In this document: piece after piece, positions 19,774 through 30,820 of the stretch | Layout: every line of letters begins with the position of its first letter | How positions within the stretch are numbered: the stretch's first letter is position 1 | Source: Candidatus Sulfomarinibacteraceae bacterium | Lineage (GTDB): Bacteria; Acidobacteriota; Thermoanaerobaculia; Thermoanaerobaculales; Sulfomarinibacteraceae | Reading direction: 5' to 3' | Length of the DNA stretch: 64,000 bases | Assembly (NCBI GenBank): GCA_963796455.1 | Contig: CAWCLO010000010.1 | Coordinates: 640,001 to 704,000, forward strand | Notes under the pieces: generated by a model | The model's input: only the letters and a program-made list of their open reading frames with translations | Told to the model about the DNA's origin: nothing | Databases searched by the model: none | Made by a program: the position numbers and the translations under genes

Positions 19774-21051
19774 ATGGCGAGCTTGAGTCTGTGGGTTTAT
19801 CGGATTCTGGTGGCGGTTGCGTTGCCGTTGGCGGTGCCGGTGCTCAAGATCGGGCAGTGGTTTCAGGGCAAGAGGCGGCCGCGTTTTCGCGATCGGATGG
19901 GCCGTTCGTTGCCGGATCTCCCAGGTGGTGGCATCTGGATTCAGGCGGTATCGGTGGGCGAGGTGGAAATCGCCCGTCGACTGGTGGCAGAGTTTGCTGT
20001 ACGGGCCCCGGATATTCCACTCTTTCTGACCGCCACCACCGCCACCGGTCTCGATCTCGCGCGGCGCACCCTCGGCGACCGGATACCGGTCTTTCCGTGC
20101 CCGGTCGATCTTCCGGCACCCGTCGCGCGGGTTCTGGATGCCGCAAAACCGCGGTTGCTCATCCTGGTCGAGACCGAACTGTGGCCGGAAATGCTCCACC
20201 AGGCGGGTCGGCGGAAGGTGCCGGTCGCGGTGGTCAACGCGCGATTGTCGGACAGTTCTTTTACCCGCTATCGGCGACTGGCCGGACCATTCAAATCCCT
20301 GCTGGCGCCGATGGCTCTGGTGCTCGGACGGACCGAGATCGACGCCCGCCGCTTTGTGGGTCTTGGTGTCGCGCCGGACCGGGTCCGGGACGTCGGGAAC
20401 GTGAAATACGATCTCGAGGCGGATCAACGGCCGCTCGAGTGGGCCGACAGGATCCGCGCAGCCGCATCCGATCGGCCGATCGTGGTGGCGGGCTCGACCA
20501 TGGATGGCGAGGAGGAACAGGTGCTCGACGCCGTTGACCGGGTCGGCCGGCAGGGTTTTTCGGCCTTCCTCATCCTTGCCCCACGCCATCCGGAGCGTTT
20601 CGATGCGGTAGCTCGGATGCTCTCCGAGAGGGGGGTGGTTTTCGCTCGACGAAGTTCGGGTGGCGAGCTCCCTGAGGGGTCCGGTGCTTTCCTCATCGAT
20701 ACCATCGGTGAGCTTGCCCGCGCGTATGGTTTGGCTTCAGTGGCGTTCATCGGGGGATCCCTGGTGGAGACCGGGGGCCACAACCCTCTGGAACCGGCGG
20801 TGTGGGGCGTGCCGGTGCTCAGCGGCGCCCATGTCCATAATTTTCGCGAGGTCTACGACGAGATGACTACCGCCGGCGGAGCCCGAATCGTAGCGGATGG
20901 GGCCGAGCTGGCCGAGTCCCTCGCAGAATGGCTCGGTGATCCTGAACAGGCTGCGGCTGCCGGCGACGCGGGACGAGCGGTGGTCGAGGCAAACCGTGGC
21001 GCCACCGAAAAAACGGTGAGCGCTCTGCTCCAGCTCCTGGGGCAAGGCTGA
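19774..21051 (+). CDS. waaA: 3-deoxy-D-manno-octulosonic acid (Kdo) transferase
   Basis: WIQAVSVGE, ETELWP, NARLS, GNVKYD, LAPRHPERF, DTIGEL, GGHNPLEPA. Confidence 0.93.
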   Translation: MASLSLWVYRILVAVALPLAVPVLKIGQWFQGKRRPRFRDRMGRSLPDLPGGGIWIQAVSVGEVEIARRLVAEFAVRAPDIPLFLTATTATGLDLARRTLGDRIPVFPCPVDLPAPVARVLDAAKPRLLILVETELWPEMLHQAGRRKVPVAVVNARLSDSSFTRYRRLAGPFKSLLAPMALVLGRTEIDARRFVGLGVAPDRVRDVGNVKYDLEADQRPLEWADRIRAAASDRPIVVAGSTMDGEEEQVLDAVDRVGRQGFSAFLILAPRHPERFDAVARMLSERGVVFARRSSGGELPEGSGAFLIDTIGELARAYGLASVAFIGGSLVETGGHNPLEPAVWGVPVLSGAHVHNFREVYDEMTTAGGARIVADGAELAESLAEWLGDPEQAAAAGDAGRAVVEANRGATEKTVSALLQLLGQG

Positions 21052-21059
21052 GGACACGC

Positions 21060-22079
21060 ATGAACTGGCGTCTGCTGTTGTTGCCACTGAACCCGCTCTA
21101 TCGCGGCGCTGTTGCAGTGCGCAACTCCGCCTACCGCCGCAGGTGGTTGCACACCGAGCGGCTCGATGTGCCGGTGGTCTCGGTCGGCAATTTGACTTTT
21201 GGCGGCACCGGTAAGACACCGACGGTCATCGCCCTCGTTCGCGATCTGATCCGCCGCGGCCGACAACCGGCGGTTCTGACCCGCGGCTACAAACGTCGGG
21301 ATGATCACCAGATCGTCGTGGTCGGGCCCGAACCTCGCCATCGAGTTGCCGAGATCGGCGACGAAGCGCTGGAGATGGCGCGCCGCCTCCCCGGAGTCCC
21401 GGTGATCGTCGATGCCGATCGCGTTCGGGGCGGTCGCGAAGCGCTCAGACGGGGCGCCGATGTGGTCGTGCTCGATGATGGATTTCAGCACCGAAGGCTC
21501 GAGCGGGATCTGGATCTTGTGGTGGTCGACTGTGGTGATCCCTGGGGTGGGGATCGGCTGCCGCCCATAGGCCGTTTGCGCGAGCCGGTGGGCGCCCTCG
21601 AGCGCGCCGACGCCGTGCTGATCAGCAAGGTTCCCGTCGCGTTTCGTGAACCGGTTGCGGCGATCGAAAAACGAATCGAGGACATTCGTCCCGATCTGCC
21701 GGTCTTTGTGGCTCGGATGGAACCGAGCCGTGTCCGCGTGCCCGATGAAGGTTGGTGCGGGGTCGAGCGGTTGTCGGGAACCAGGGTCTTTGCGGTTGCC
21801 GGGGTCGGTCGGCCGCAGGGCTTTGCCGAGACTCTGGTGAGCTGCGAAGCCGAGATCGTCGGCCACCGCTGGTTTCCCGATCACCACGATTATTCGCTCG
21901 AAGATCTGCGCCAGGTGAGCCTTGCAGCCAAAGAGCAGGACGCGGTGTTGGTGACCACCGGCAAGGACGCGGTCAAGCTTCCGCCGGACGCGGATGTGTG
22001 GGTGGTGGAGGCCGGATTGCGGCCGCTCGAGGGCAGCTGGAAGAATCTGTGGCAGCTGCTGCCGGAGGTCGTCTCATGA
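21060..22079 (+). CDS. lpxK: Tetraacyldisaccharide 4'-kinase
   Basis: SVGNLTFGGTGKTP, LTRGY, GDE, LDDGFQH, GRLREP, FPDHHDY, TTGKDAVKL. Confidence 0.94.
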   Translation: MNWRLLLLPLNPLYRGAVAVRNSAYRRRWLHTERLDVPVVSVGNLTFGGTGKTPTVIALVRDLIRRGRQPAVLTRGYKRRDDHQIVVVGPEPRHRVAEIGDEALEMARRLPGVPVIVDADRVRGGREALRRGADVVVLDDGFQHRRLERDLDLVVVDCGDPWGGDRLPPIGRLREPVGALERADAVLISKVPVAFREPVAAIEKRIEDIRPDLPVFVARMEPSRVRVPDEGWCGVERLSGTRVFAVAGVGRPQGFAETLVSCEAEIVGHRWFPDHHDYSLEDLRQVSLAAKEQDAVLVTTGKDAVKLPPDADVWVVEAGLRPLEGSWKNLWQLLPEVVS

Positions 22080-22993
22080 GTAAAAACCGATCTGCTTTGC
22101 GAAATCACCTCGAGTACGGTGTTTTCCGTTTTGCGCGCGGTCTGGCCGGTGTCCTCTCCCCATCGGCCCTGGCGCGGGTCGGTGATGTGCTCGGCTCGTT
22201 TTATTCAATGCTCGGCGGCCGGCGGCGACAGATCATCGATTTCAACCTCGAAATGGCCTTCCCCGACAAGAGTTACTCCCAAAGGCGGGCAATTGCAAAA
22301 GGCGTGGCGCAACACTTCGCCCGTTCCTTCCTGGATGCGATCAGGATCCAGAGCCTACAGCCGGACGAGTTGCTGGCTTCGGTCGAGGTGCGCGGCTGGG
22401 ACAACGTGGAGGCGGCAAGTGGGCTCGGGCGCGGGGTCTTTTTTCTCACCGCCCACATCGGTTCCTGGGAAGTGGCGGCGCTGGTCACCGGGTTGCGTCT
22501 CGAGGCCGGTCTGTCGGTGGTCAACCGCCCCCTCGACAATCCGCTTCTGGAACAAGAGCTCGATGGTCTGCGCAAACTCTATGGCAACCACGTCTTCGGC
22601 AAACACAGCATCCTGCGAGAAATGCTGGGCCAGCTCAAGAAGGGCGGAGGGGTCGGGATCCTCATCGACCAGAGGGTGCGTGAGGATCAGGGCGTCGAGG
22701 TGCCGTTCTTCGGCCATCCCGCCTGGACCCACCCGATTCTCGCCCGGATTGCTCGCAAGACCGGGGCACCGGTCATCCCGACCTTTGCCTTGCGCGATGC
22801 GCCCGGGACCTACATCCTGAGCTATGACACCCCGGTCGTGATTGATGATCTCCCCGGTGACGAGCGGGCGGATGTGCCGCTGACAACCCGCTATATGCGG
22901 ATCCTCGAAGACGCGATCCGGGAGCACCCGGACCAGTGGTTGTGGTTTCACGATCGTTGGAAGCAGGTGCGTCTGGCGCAGGGGCCGAAGTAA
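22076..22993 (+). CDS. lpxL: Lipid A late acyltransferase (LpxL/HtrB family)
   Basis: AHIGSWE, ILIDQ, VPFFG, IREHPDQWLWFHDRWK. Confidence 0.85.
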   Translation: MSKNRSALRNHLEYGVFRFARGLAGVLSPSALARVGDVLGSFYSMLGGRRRQIIDFNLEMAFPDKSYSQRRAIAKGVAQHFARSFLDAIRIQSLQPDELLASVEVRGWDNVEAASGLGRGVFFLTAHIGSWEVAALVTGLRLEAGLSVVNRPLDNPLLEQELDGLRKLYGNHVFGKHSILREMLGQLKKGGGVGILIDQRVREDQGVEVPFFGHPAWTHPILARIARKTGAPVIPTFALRDAPGTYILSYDTPVVIDDLPGDERADVPLTTRYMRILEDAIREHPDQWLWFHDRWKQVRLAQGPK

Positions 22994-23014
22994 AGCGCGA
23001 CCGCACCCAGAAAA

Positions 23015-24292
23015 TCACTTCTCTGTTGGATCGTCCCTTTGCAGCGGATGGGTGAGACAGTGGGGGCCGCCGCGTGCGCGGGAGATTTCGTGGCTCTCGA
23101 TCAGCAGACAGATCCGTTGTTCGCCATCGAGTGACACTTCCTCTGAGCCGAGGAGCACATCCTTGGCGGCGACGATGCGAAATCCTTTGCGTGCAAGCTC
23201 TTCCGCGGTGGCCACATTGCGGTCGTAGAGCACGATCACCCCCGGGGCCAGGGCAAAAGCGTTGGCTCCATCGGTCCACTGCTCCCGCTGTTGAGCGATC
23301 GGATCACTGCCACCGCAGGAGATCGGCTCCAGATCGACACCACGTTTCGACAGAGCGTCGAGCAGATTGCCGCGGTGGCGGGGGCTTCGATTTGTCGCCT
23401 CGAGGTCCACCTCATAAGTTTCGGCCAACTGAGGGCCCGAGCCGCAAACAACCGGCTGAAACACCAGCGCGGCGTTGTGGTCGAGCGGGGTGAAGACGGT
23501 GTCCAGATGCATATAGGCCCTTCGTGGCGGAACGTGGACCACCTCGAGCCAGCGCGGGCCGTTTTCGAGCTGTGCAAGCGCCGAGGACAGCATCTCCGCT
23601 GCGGCTGCGTTGGTGCGTTCCGAAACTCCTATCGCCACGACCTCATCCGATAGGACCAAAACGTCTCCACCCTCGAGGCACGGCCGGTGCGGGCCCAGGA
23701 GGTGGTTGGTGTCCTGGGCTTCGCGCAGCGGATCGAGAATGACCCTGGTGCCGGCCAGATCGGGGTGAAAGTGGAAGGCGCACCGGGTCAGGACGGCTTC
23801 GCGCCAGCGGGCCGCGGTCGCCATGGCGGAGAAGACCACCCCGTCGCCGATGACGATCTGCGGATCTCGTTGAAAGCACCAGTTGGGCAGTGGCGCGAGC
23901 CGGAACAGATCTCCGACCCCGATCCCCTGCGGCGCCTCGGTGGTGATGATCCCGCCGACGGCGATGGCCGCCAATTCGTCGGCGCTGGACGGCACCTCCG
24001 CTGAACGCAGGTCGTGCGGCAATTCTGGTCCGAGCATGGCCCACAACCAGGCCCGCGCCTCCTCGTTCTGGAGGGCCTCGGCCAGCAGGGTGTTGGCCTC
24101 CACGACTTCGATCCCGAGCAATTGCAGCAAACGGCGGAATCGCCGGTGTTCGTCGCGTGCCCGGTCGCCGAAGAGGATGTCGTCAAAGAGCAACTCCTCC
24201 ATCATCGGCGGCACCATCCGGTCCACCTCGGGCCCCGGTTCGTGGACCAGCACCTTGCGCAGTCGGCCGATCTCGGATGTCACTCGCACCAT
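23015..24292 (-). CDS. arcA: Arginine deiminase
   Basis: SEIGRLRKVLVHEPG, LLFDDI, PNWCFQRD, LEGGD, MHLDTVF, REQWTDGAN, SRARGGPHCLT (catalytic Cys). Confidence 0.92.
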   Translation of the reverse strand: MVRVTSEIGRLRKVLVHEPGPEVDRMVPPMMEELLFDDILFGDRARDEHRRFRRLLQLLGIEVVEANTLLAEALQNEEARAWLWAMLGPELPHDLRSAEVPSSADELAAIAVGGIITTEAPQGIGVGDLFRLAPLPNWCFQRDPQIVIGDGVVFSAMATAARWREAVLTRCAFHFHPDLAGTRVILDPLREAQDTNHLLGPHRPCLEGGDVLVLSDEVVAIGVSERTNAAAAEMLSSALAQLENGPRWLEVVHVPPRRAYMHLDTVFTPLDHNAALVFQPVVCGSGPQLAETYEVDLEATNRSPRHRGNLLDALSKRGVDLEPISCGGSDPIAQQREQWTDGANAFALAPGVIVLYDRNVATAEELARKGFRIVAAKDVLLGSEEVSLDGEQRICLLIESHEISRARGGPHCLTHPLQRDDPTEK

Positions 24293-24366
24293 CTCGCCAC
24301 CTCCAGGCGGAAGACATCATAGCGAGAACTTCCGAAGTTGTCGGTTTCGTTTCCCTTGGCTACTCT

Positions 24367-26402
24367 ATGGGCGTGCGGCAATCAGATAAGGACGCGAAGA
24401 CCGAGGGCTCTCCGCAGGGCGAGGAAATCGCGTTGGGTTCGGATCGCCTCCCATTGCCCGGAGAAGTTCTCGGGGATCGCTTCCTCATCAAAGACTTCCT
24501 CGGCCGCGGTGGCACGGGAAGGGTCTACTCGGCCCTCGACACCGGGGTGGGGCAGAAGGTCGCGGTCAAGATCCTCCACCCCGAGCTCGCCGGCGAGCTC
24601 AACCACGAACGTCTGCGGCGCGAGGTCAGGGCGGCGCGGCCCGGGCATGACAACGTGGTCAACGTATTTGATCTGCATACCCATGACGGATTTTGTTTTC
24701 TCAGCATGGAGCTGGTCCCGGGAAAGAGCCTGCGGCAGGTCCTGGCTGAGCGCCAAACCCTTCCGGTAGGAGAAACGGTTGATCTCGGCATTCAGGCGGC
24801 GCGAGCCCTGGTCCACCTCCACGGCAACGGACTGGTACACCGCGACGTTAAACCGGGAAACCTGCTCATGACCCCGGACGGCAAGATCAAACTCTGCGAC
24901 CTCGGGCTCGCAAGACCCATCGCCAGTGGGACCACCGTTACAGAAAGCGCCATGGTGGTGGGCACGCCCACCTATATGGCCCCCGAACAGGCCACAGCCG
25001 CGGAGCTCACCGCGGCGTCGGATATCTACGCCCTTGGTCTGACCCTCTACAAGTGTCTCACCGGAACCGTCCCGCTGGAGGGCGATACCGCGGTCGAGAC
25101 TCTGATGCGCCGGCAGCGCTCGTTGCCGTCCCGGATCACCGCGCAGGTTCCGGGTTGCCCGCGCTGGCTCGACCGGCTTCTGCGGTGGATGCTCGAGCCG
25201 GATCCAGCTGAGCGGCCGACCGCGGAGCGGGTCGGCAGGGCGTTGACCGATGGCCGCGTGCGCCGGGTGGTGAATCGGCGGTTTGTGAAACGGGCGGCGA
25301 TCGCGCTCCTGGTGATCGGTGCGGCGGCCGCGTCGGCGCTGGTTATCAGGGACCGAATGACGGGATCAGCCCTCGATCCTACCGCGGGTCTGGTCTTTCG
25401 GTCGCAGACTTTGAGGACGGTACCGAGGTGGAGATCCTCGATGACCGGGGGAACATTCTCCGTCGATTTCTGTTCGATGTGTCCTGGGATCCGAAAAGGT
25501 GGAAGAGGGGCGGGCATCGGGTTATCGCATTCGGGGACGTGGACGGGGACGGCCTGCAAGACGCGGTTCTGGCTCGCCCGGGGACCTCGGATGGGAGACC
25601 GCTCGAGATCCACATTCGGCAAAATGACGGTTCGTTGGTCCTGGAGGCAAGCCACGCCACGACCGATCGCTTCGAGTACGAAGGCACCTCGTACCAGAGC
25701 TTCCATTTTGTCGACGTGCACTGTGCGGATTTCGACGGTGACGGCAAGGCCGAAATCGTGGTTGCTGAGAACAGTGCCGCCTTCTTCCCGTCGACCGTTC
25801 GGATCGTGAGTTTTGAAAACGAACTCCTGTTTCAGTTGTGGCATCCCGGCGCGCTGGACAACGCGCGGACCGGCGATCGTGACGGTGATGGTGTGCCGGA
25901 ACTCTATGTCGGCGCCACCTGTAACTTCCTGACGCCGCCGGAGAGCAACACCTCCGATCCCGTCTTCATGATGATCGAAGCCGACTGGCGGCTGCCGGAT
26001 CTCCGACTCGACCTCTTCGGTCCTCGGCGCCGGCTTGAAGCGGCCCTGCCGGCCGGCATGCGGCTGCTCTACACGACATGGTCGAGCGTTCGTTTGGGGA
26101 GCTTGCTGAGTCCGTGGCAGTTCGCGTCGGTCTTCATCTCCGAAAGCCGCGATCCCGCAACGTATCTCGACGTGTCCGTCAGTACTGTCCGTGAGGTTCT
26201 CCTGGGCGTGGAATCAGACAGAAAGATCTCCCTCCGCACCGCGTATTTCAATCCAGATCTCGAGCTGATCCAGACGCAGTGGAACCCGTTTGTCACCGAA
26301 ACCCTCGGCATCGACCCCACCACCCCGGAATCCAAGGCCCTGCTCGAGCCGAGGTACTGGACCGGCTCGGGCTGGCAGCCCGAGCCGTGTTTCGTTCAAT
26401 GA
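24367..26402 (+). pseudogene. Hanks-type Ser/Thr kinase with TM helix and FG-GAP/VCBS-like extracellular domain, split by one frameshift near 25410
   Basis: LGRGGTG, VAVK, HRDVKPGN, DLGLA, GTPTYMAPE; adding one T to ACTTTGAG (TTT at 25410-25412) joins ORF 25428-26402 (GDVDGDG, DFDGDGK, GDRDGDG); could be a sequencing error. Confidence 0.75.
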
Positions 26403-26414
26403 TCTGGTGGCGGC

Positions 26415-27384
26415 TCAGGGAATGTCGGCCTGTGCCGCGCAGCTCTGGATCTTGCCCTTCTCCTTGCCGGTGATGATGCCTTCCTTCTTGTAGGCGTTGG
26501 TGAGAGCCGCCACCGCGCTGACAAAGCCTCCGTGATTTGTTGCCGCCGCGGCGATTTGGTCGATGAGATCCACCATGGTGCAACCGTCCTCACCGAGGTG
26601 ATTGGGCACACCGCTGTCGCAACCATCAATCACCACGCTGCCTACTGGTGAAGAATCGGGGCAGGAATCCACCTCATCCGGGATGCCGTCCCCGTCGCGG
26701 TCCGGGATCTCGACGCAGGCAGTGAAGGCCGGGTTGTCGAGCCAGAGGCCGCGGTTGGTGGTTGAGTAGACCGCAAACTCGACCTTCTCGATATCATCGA
26801 GAAATAGGCCGACCATGGGCTCGGCGTGATCGAATGCCAGGCTGCCGTCGGAGATCCGATGACCCACAAAATGGGCCCATTCATCCTCGAGCACCAGGTT
26901 GTAGGTGAACTCACCGTTCTCCAGGGGGTAGTAATACTGTAAAGACCCCTCCCAGCCGACGTCAGTGGGCTCCTTGAACCGAACGATGTTGTGGGAGCCG
27001 TAGACGGTCCAACTGACGTTGTACATCGTGTACCTGTCGCCGTTCTTCGAGGATGATGGTGATTCCGGTAAACAAACCCCAATACGATGTCGCCAAACTC
27101 CCATCCCAACCGAACTCGAGCTCCGTGAGGTGGTTGTCGAACTCGAGGGTCTTGCTGAGCCAACATCCTCCGTCCACGGGTTGCCCCCAGAGCTTTCCGG
27201 CGCTGAAATTTCCACCGCGTCGAATCTCAAGCACCCAACCTTCAGGTACGAGGCCATCATTCAGGTCATAGGCCTCTGTGTGGCATTCGATGATTCCTTG
27301 TGCACTGGCTGGGGTCGAAACGGCCAGCACCGACAGGGTCAGCACCAACGACACGAACACACCATTCTTCAACTTTTGACTCAT
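26415..27384 (-). pseudogene. Secreted protein with a conserved 96-aa C-terminal module, one frameshift near 27046
   Basis: RBS AGGAGG and signal peptide MSQKLKNG...ASA; frame switches from ITIILE to KNGDRY; ends DGDGIPD...QSCAAQADIP. Confidence 0.65.
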
Positions 27385-27496
27385 CTCGCTCCTCCTTCCA
27401 ATCTGCATTGATCGATATCTCTTTCTTTCGATGGATCGTGGTCGGTCCCCATCGAAGTGAGTTGACGGAACATGCCGGTTTTGCTGTCAATGGCGG

Positions 27497-30400
27497 CTAC
27501 GGAATATCCGCGCGAGCCGCGCAGCTCTGGATCTTGCCCTTCTCTCTGCCGGTGATCAGACCTTCCTTTTTGTAGAAGTTGGCCAGTGCGGCAACGCCAC
27601 TGACGAAATCTCCATGATTCGTGGCGGAGGCCGCGATCTCGAATACCTGGTCGACGATGGTGCACCCGTCCTCTCCGAGGTGGTTTGGAGCCCCGCTGTC
27701 GCAGCCATCGATCACCACAGTGGAGAAGGGCTCTGAATCGGGGCATGAATCGACCGCATCCGGGATGCCGTCCCCGTCGCCGTCGGGAGGTGGCTCCGTG
27801 GTGCCGCCGACTTCAGCGCTCCACCGGCTCTCCACGGTGTTCTCGTTACGGTGATGGATGTTCTCGGGATCCGTCACCGGATCGGTGACGGTGCGGATCT
27901 TGAACCAATAGGTGGTCTCGGGCTCGAGTCCGTCGATGATGATGGATGAGGCCGTCTTGTCCACCGTGGCCCCGGCGAACTCGAACGAGGTGCCGGTGGA
28001 AGCGAAGACCTCATAGCGTCCCGCATAAGCCTGGTAGGGGATCGGCGTCCATGCAAGCTCGACCGTATCGAAGGTGGCGGAGACGACAGTGAAATCGCTG
28101 GGCGCGACGGTCTGAGTCCCTTCGAAGGGCACCGGATCGGGGTTCAGCACATTGAGAAACGCGTTCGTCTCCGAGTCGTCAATGGGAAGAGCGTTGGATC
28201 CAAACCACAGCCGATGCGAGACATCGATCTCGAGAAGGTCTTGTGGGAGCCCCGTCAGCTTGTTGCCCGCAAGAGTAAGGGCTTTCAACCGTGTGTTGTC
28301 GGAGAAACCTTCAGGAATGTTGCCCTCGAGATGATTCCGGTCAAGCTGAAAGGCCACCAGGTTCTGAAGATCGGCAAGGCACGGAGGGATCTCGCCACGG
28401 AAATGCCGGTATCGGACGATCTGAAAGTAGCCGAATGTCGGGGAGATTGCAAGAGGTCGTCGGGGATCGAGCCGGTGAGATTGTTCATGCCGATATTCAT
28501 CGGCATAGAGATTGGCCAGGTCGCCGATTTCCGGTGGGATCGCACCCATCGCGGTTCGTGTCGTAGAGGTAGAGGGATTAGGTTGGTGAGCTCGCCCACC
28601 CAGTACGGGATGGGGCCGGATCGAGTGGGTTAGTCGGAGGATCCGAGATAGGAGAGGGAGTTTGATGTTCCTCAGCTCATCTGGTATTGGCCCGGTGAGC
28701 TGGTTATTGGCGAGGCTGGCAGAAACTCGAGCACCGGTGGCGTTCCCGAGATCGGGCGGGAATGTTCCCGGAGAGTTGGTTCGTCGAGAAAGAGGTCGAT
28801 CAATTCGAGTTTTGGAAGTGACCCAAGCCCGGTGGGGACGGGTCCGGAGAGCTGATTTCGTCCAAGCAGAAGCAAATAGAGTTCCTTCGAGATTGGAGAA
28901 ATCTCCGAGGGAATCGGCCCGTCGAACATGGTTGTTCGAGAGATCGATTGACCCTCAGCGCTGTTCGATCGGTGAGACCAGCCGGGATCGGCCCGGTGAG
29001 TTGGTTGTTTGCCACGAAAAGAACCCCAGATTTGGAATCTCGCCATAGCATCGGAGGGATCGTGCCTGTCAGGTAATTCAGATCGCAGAAGCAGAAAATC
29101 AAAATCCGGTAGATCGCAGAGGCCTGTTGGGAGCTCGCCGGTGAGGCCTGCCGAGTAGAGTTTGAGATATCGGAGGTTGGTCAGCTCGTCGATCCACTGA
29201 GGGAGACGGACCCTGAGGTTCCGGAAAGTAGGGAAGACCAAGGCTGAAATATTCGAGCTTCGTCTAGATTGCGGTATTCGTCAGGTATGGCTCCGGTGAT
29301 GGGATTGAAGTAGAGATCTAGAGCGACCAACTCCGAGAGATTGCCGATCGACGGAGGTAGAGGCCCGGAAAGTTCGTTGAGAGTGAGCAAGAGGTAGTTG
29401 AGATCGACGAGATTGCCGAGTTCCTCAGGGAGGCTGCCTTGCAAGTTCGAGTACTGCGGCGGAGAAGATCCGCAGCTTCGAGAGATTGGCAATTGCCGGG
29501 GAGATCTCGACCGCCAAAGTTGTGGTTGTAGCCGACCCGCAGATCGACCAATTGCGTCGAGGTACCAGATGTCGTCGGGGAACCCCCCGACGAGATCGTT
29601 TTCCTGGCAGCCAGAGGTTCGTCAGAATTCTGTCAGATCTCCGATCTCGTTGGGAAGCGTGCCAGTGAGGTTGTTTGCCTCGAGATACAACTCTTGACGT
29701 GGCCACCCTCAACCCTGACACCAAACCACGTGTTTTCCGTTCCTTCCGGTCCGAGCCAGCCCGAGTTGTCATGCCAGTTGTCACCGTTGGTGCTGTTATA
29801 TAGCTCGACGAGAGCCTCCCGCTCGTTTTGGGGGAGGATGCCGCCTTCGCAGATATGGCCTATCTGCTGCGGGTTGAAAATGAACTCACCGAGACCTCTT
29901 CCGGCCAGGTTCCCGATATCTGCGCAGTCGGATTCATCGAGCAGATTGCCGTCGATGTATAGGGAGTCGCCGGTGTCAATGTCGGAGTTGCCGACCAGGG
30001 GAGAGATGTCGTCAATGAGACAACCACCCGCAACCAGAGAATCCAGGTTGGTCATCCATTCGACGACCGAAATGTCGTTGATCGGGTTTCCACCGAACTC
30101 CAACTCGTTCAACTGGGGCAGATCGGTGAGGCATGAGATGTCGCTCACGAGATTGCCGTTGAACTCGAGCGCTTCCAGTTGCCCGAGTCCGTTCGTGGGA
30201 CAGATGTCGGAGATTTCGTGGCCGTCGAGAGTCGGCCCGCGCAGGTTGGCCAGGTTTGCCAGCGGCGTGATGTCGGTCACCAGGCCGTCGGTCGGAATGT
30301 AGCGGCCGATGTTGAAGTACTCCACTTTGACGAGGTTCCCGAGAGAGGACACTTCGCCCACCGGGACGTTCACGAGATCGAGGTTGAAGAGCTCGGTCAG

Positions 30401-30706
30401 ACCCGCGATGGGGGTGAGGTCCGTGACACCCCAGCCGGTGAGATCGGCGTCCCAGGCGTTGATGATGGAGATGTTGCTGAGATTGACGAAATCCTGCAAT
30501 CCCCCCAGATCGATGACAGACCCTCCGTCGACCCAGATCGAATCGACTGTGAGGGCTTCGGATGAACTGATCCATCCGTTGCCGTCTGCATCGTAGTTTT
30601 CGAGGACATAACTTCTGATGTCGGGATCCGCGATGAATGTGCCCTGTGCGTGAGCACAGACAGCTCCGGCAATCAATAAAAGCGCAATGACCGTTGCTCT
30701 CCTCAT
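27497..30706 (-). pseudogene. Large secreted leucine-rich-repeat protein (LRR, FN3, shared C-terminal module) with many frameshifts at about 28400-29700
   Basis: Signal peptide MRRATVIALLL; internalin-like LRRs; ALVELYNSTNGDNW cap; LxxLxLxxNxLxGxIP-type repeats spread over about 8 ORF pieces in all three frames. Confidence 0.75.
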
Positions 30707-30804
30707 GTCTCCTCCTCCTGGATGACCCACAAAAAATCCACCCATCGTTTTCGACTTCGATGGCTGCGGTTGACGTGCTGCTCTCCTGTGTCGCCCAGAA
30801 ATTG

Positions 30805-30820
30805 AGCAAAACCCGTGCCA
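30805..30820 (-). promoter_or_regulatory. Sigma-54 (-24/-12) promoter of the LRR operon
   Basis: Minus strand TGGCACGGGTTTTGCT fits the consensus TGGCACG-N4-TTGCW, about 100 bp upstream of ATG 30706. Confidence 0.75.

Noticed and set aside
25400..25430. Programmed ribosomal frameshift in the kinase
   Set aside because: No X XXY YYZ slippery heptamer or obvious stimulatory structure; a one-base homopolymer indel explains it.
26418..27787. The duplicated 3' ends as a DGR TR/VR pair
   Set aside because: Both copies are in-frame coding ends, and the differences involve all bases with many synonymous changes, as expected for paralogous domains.
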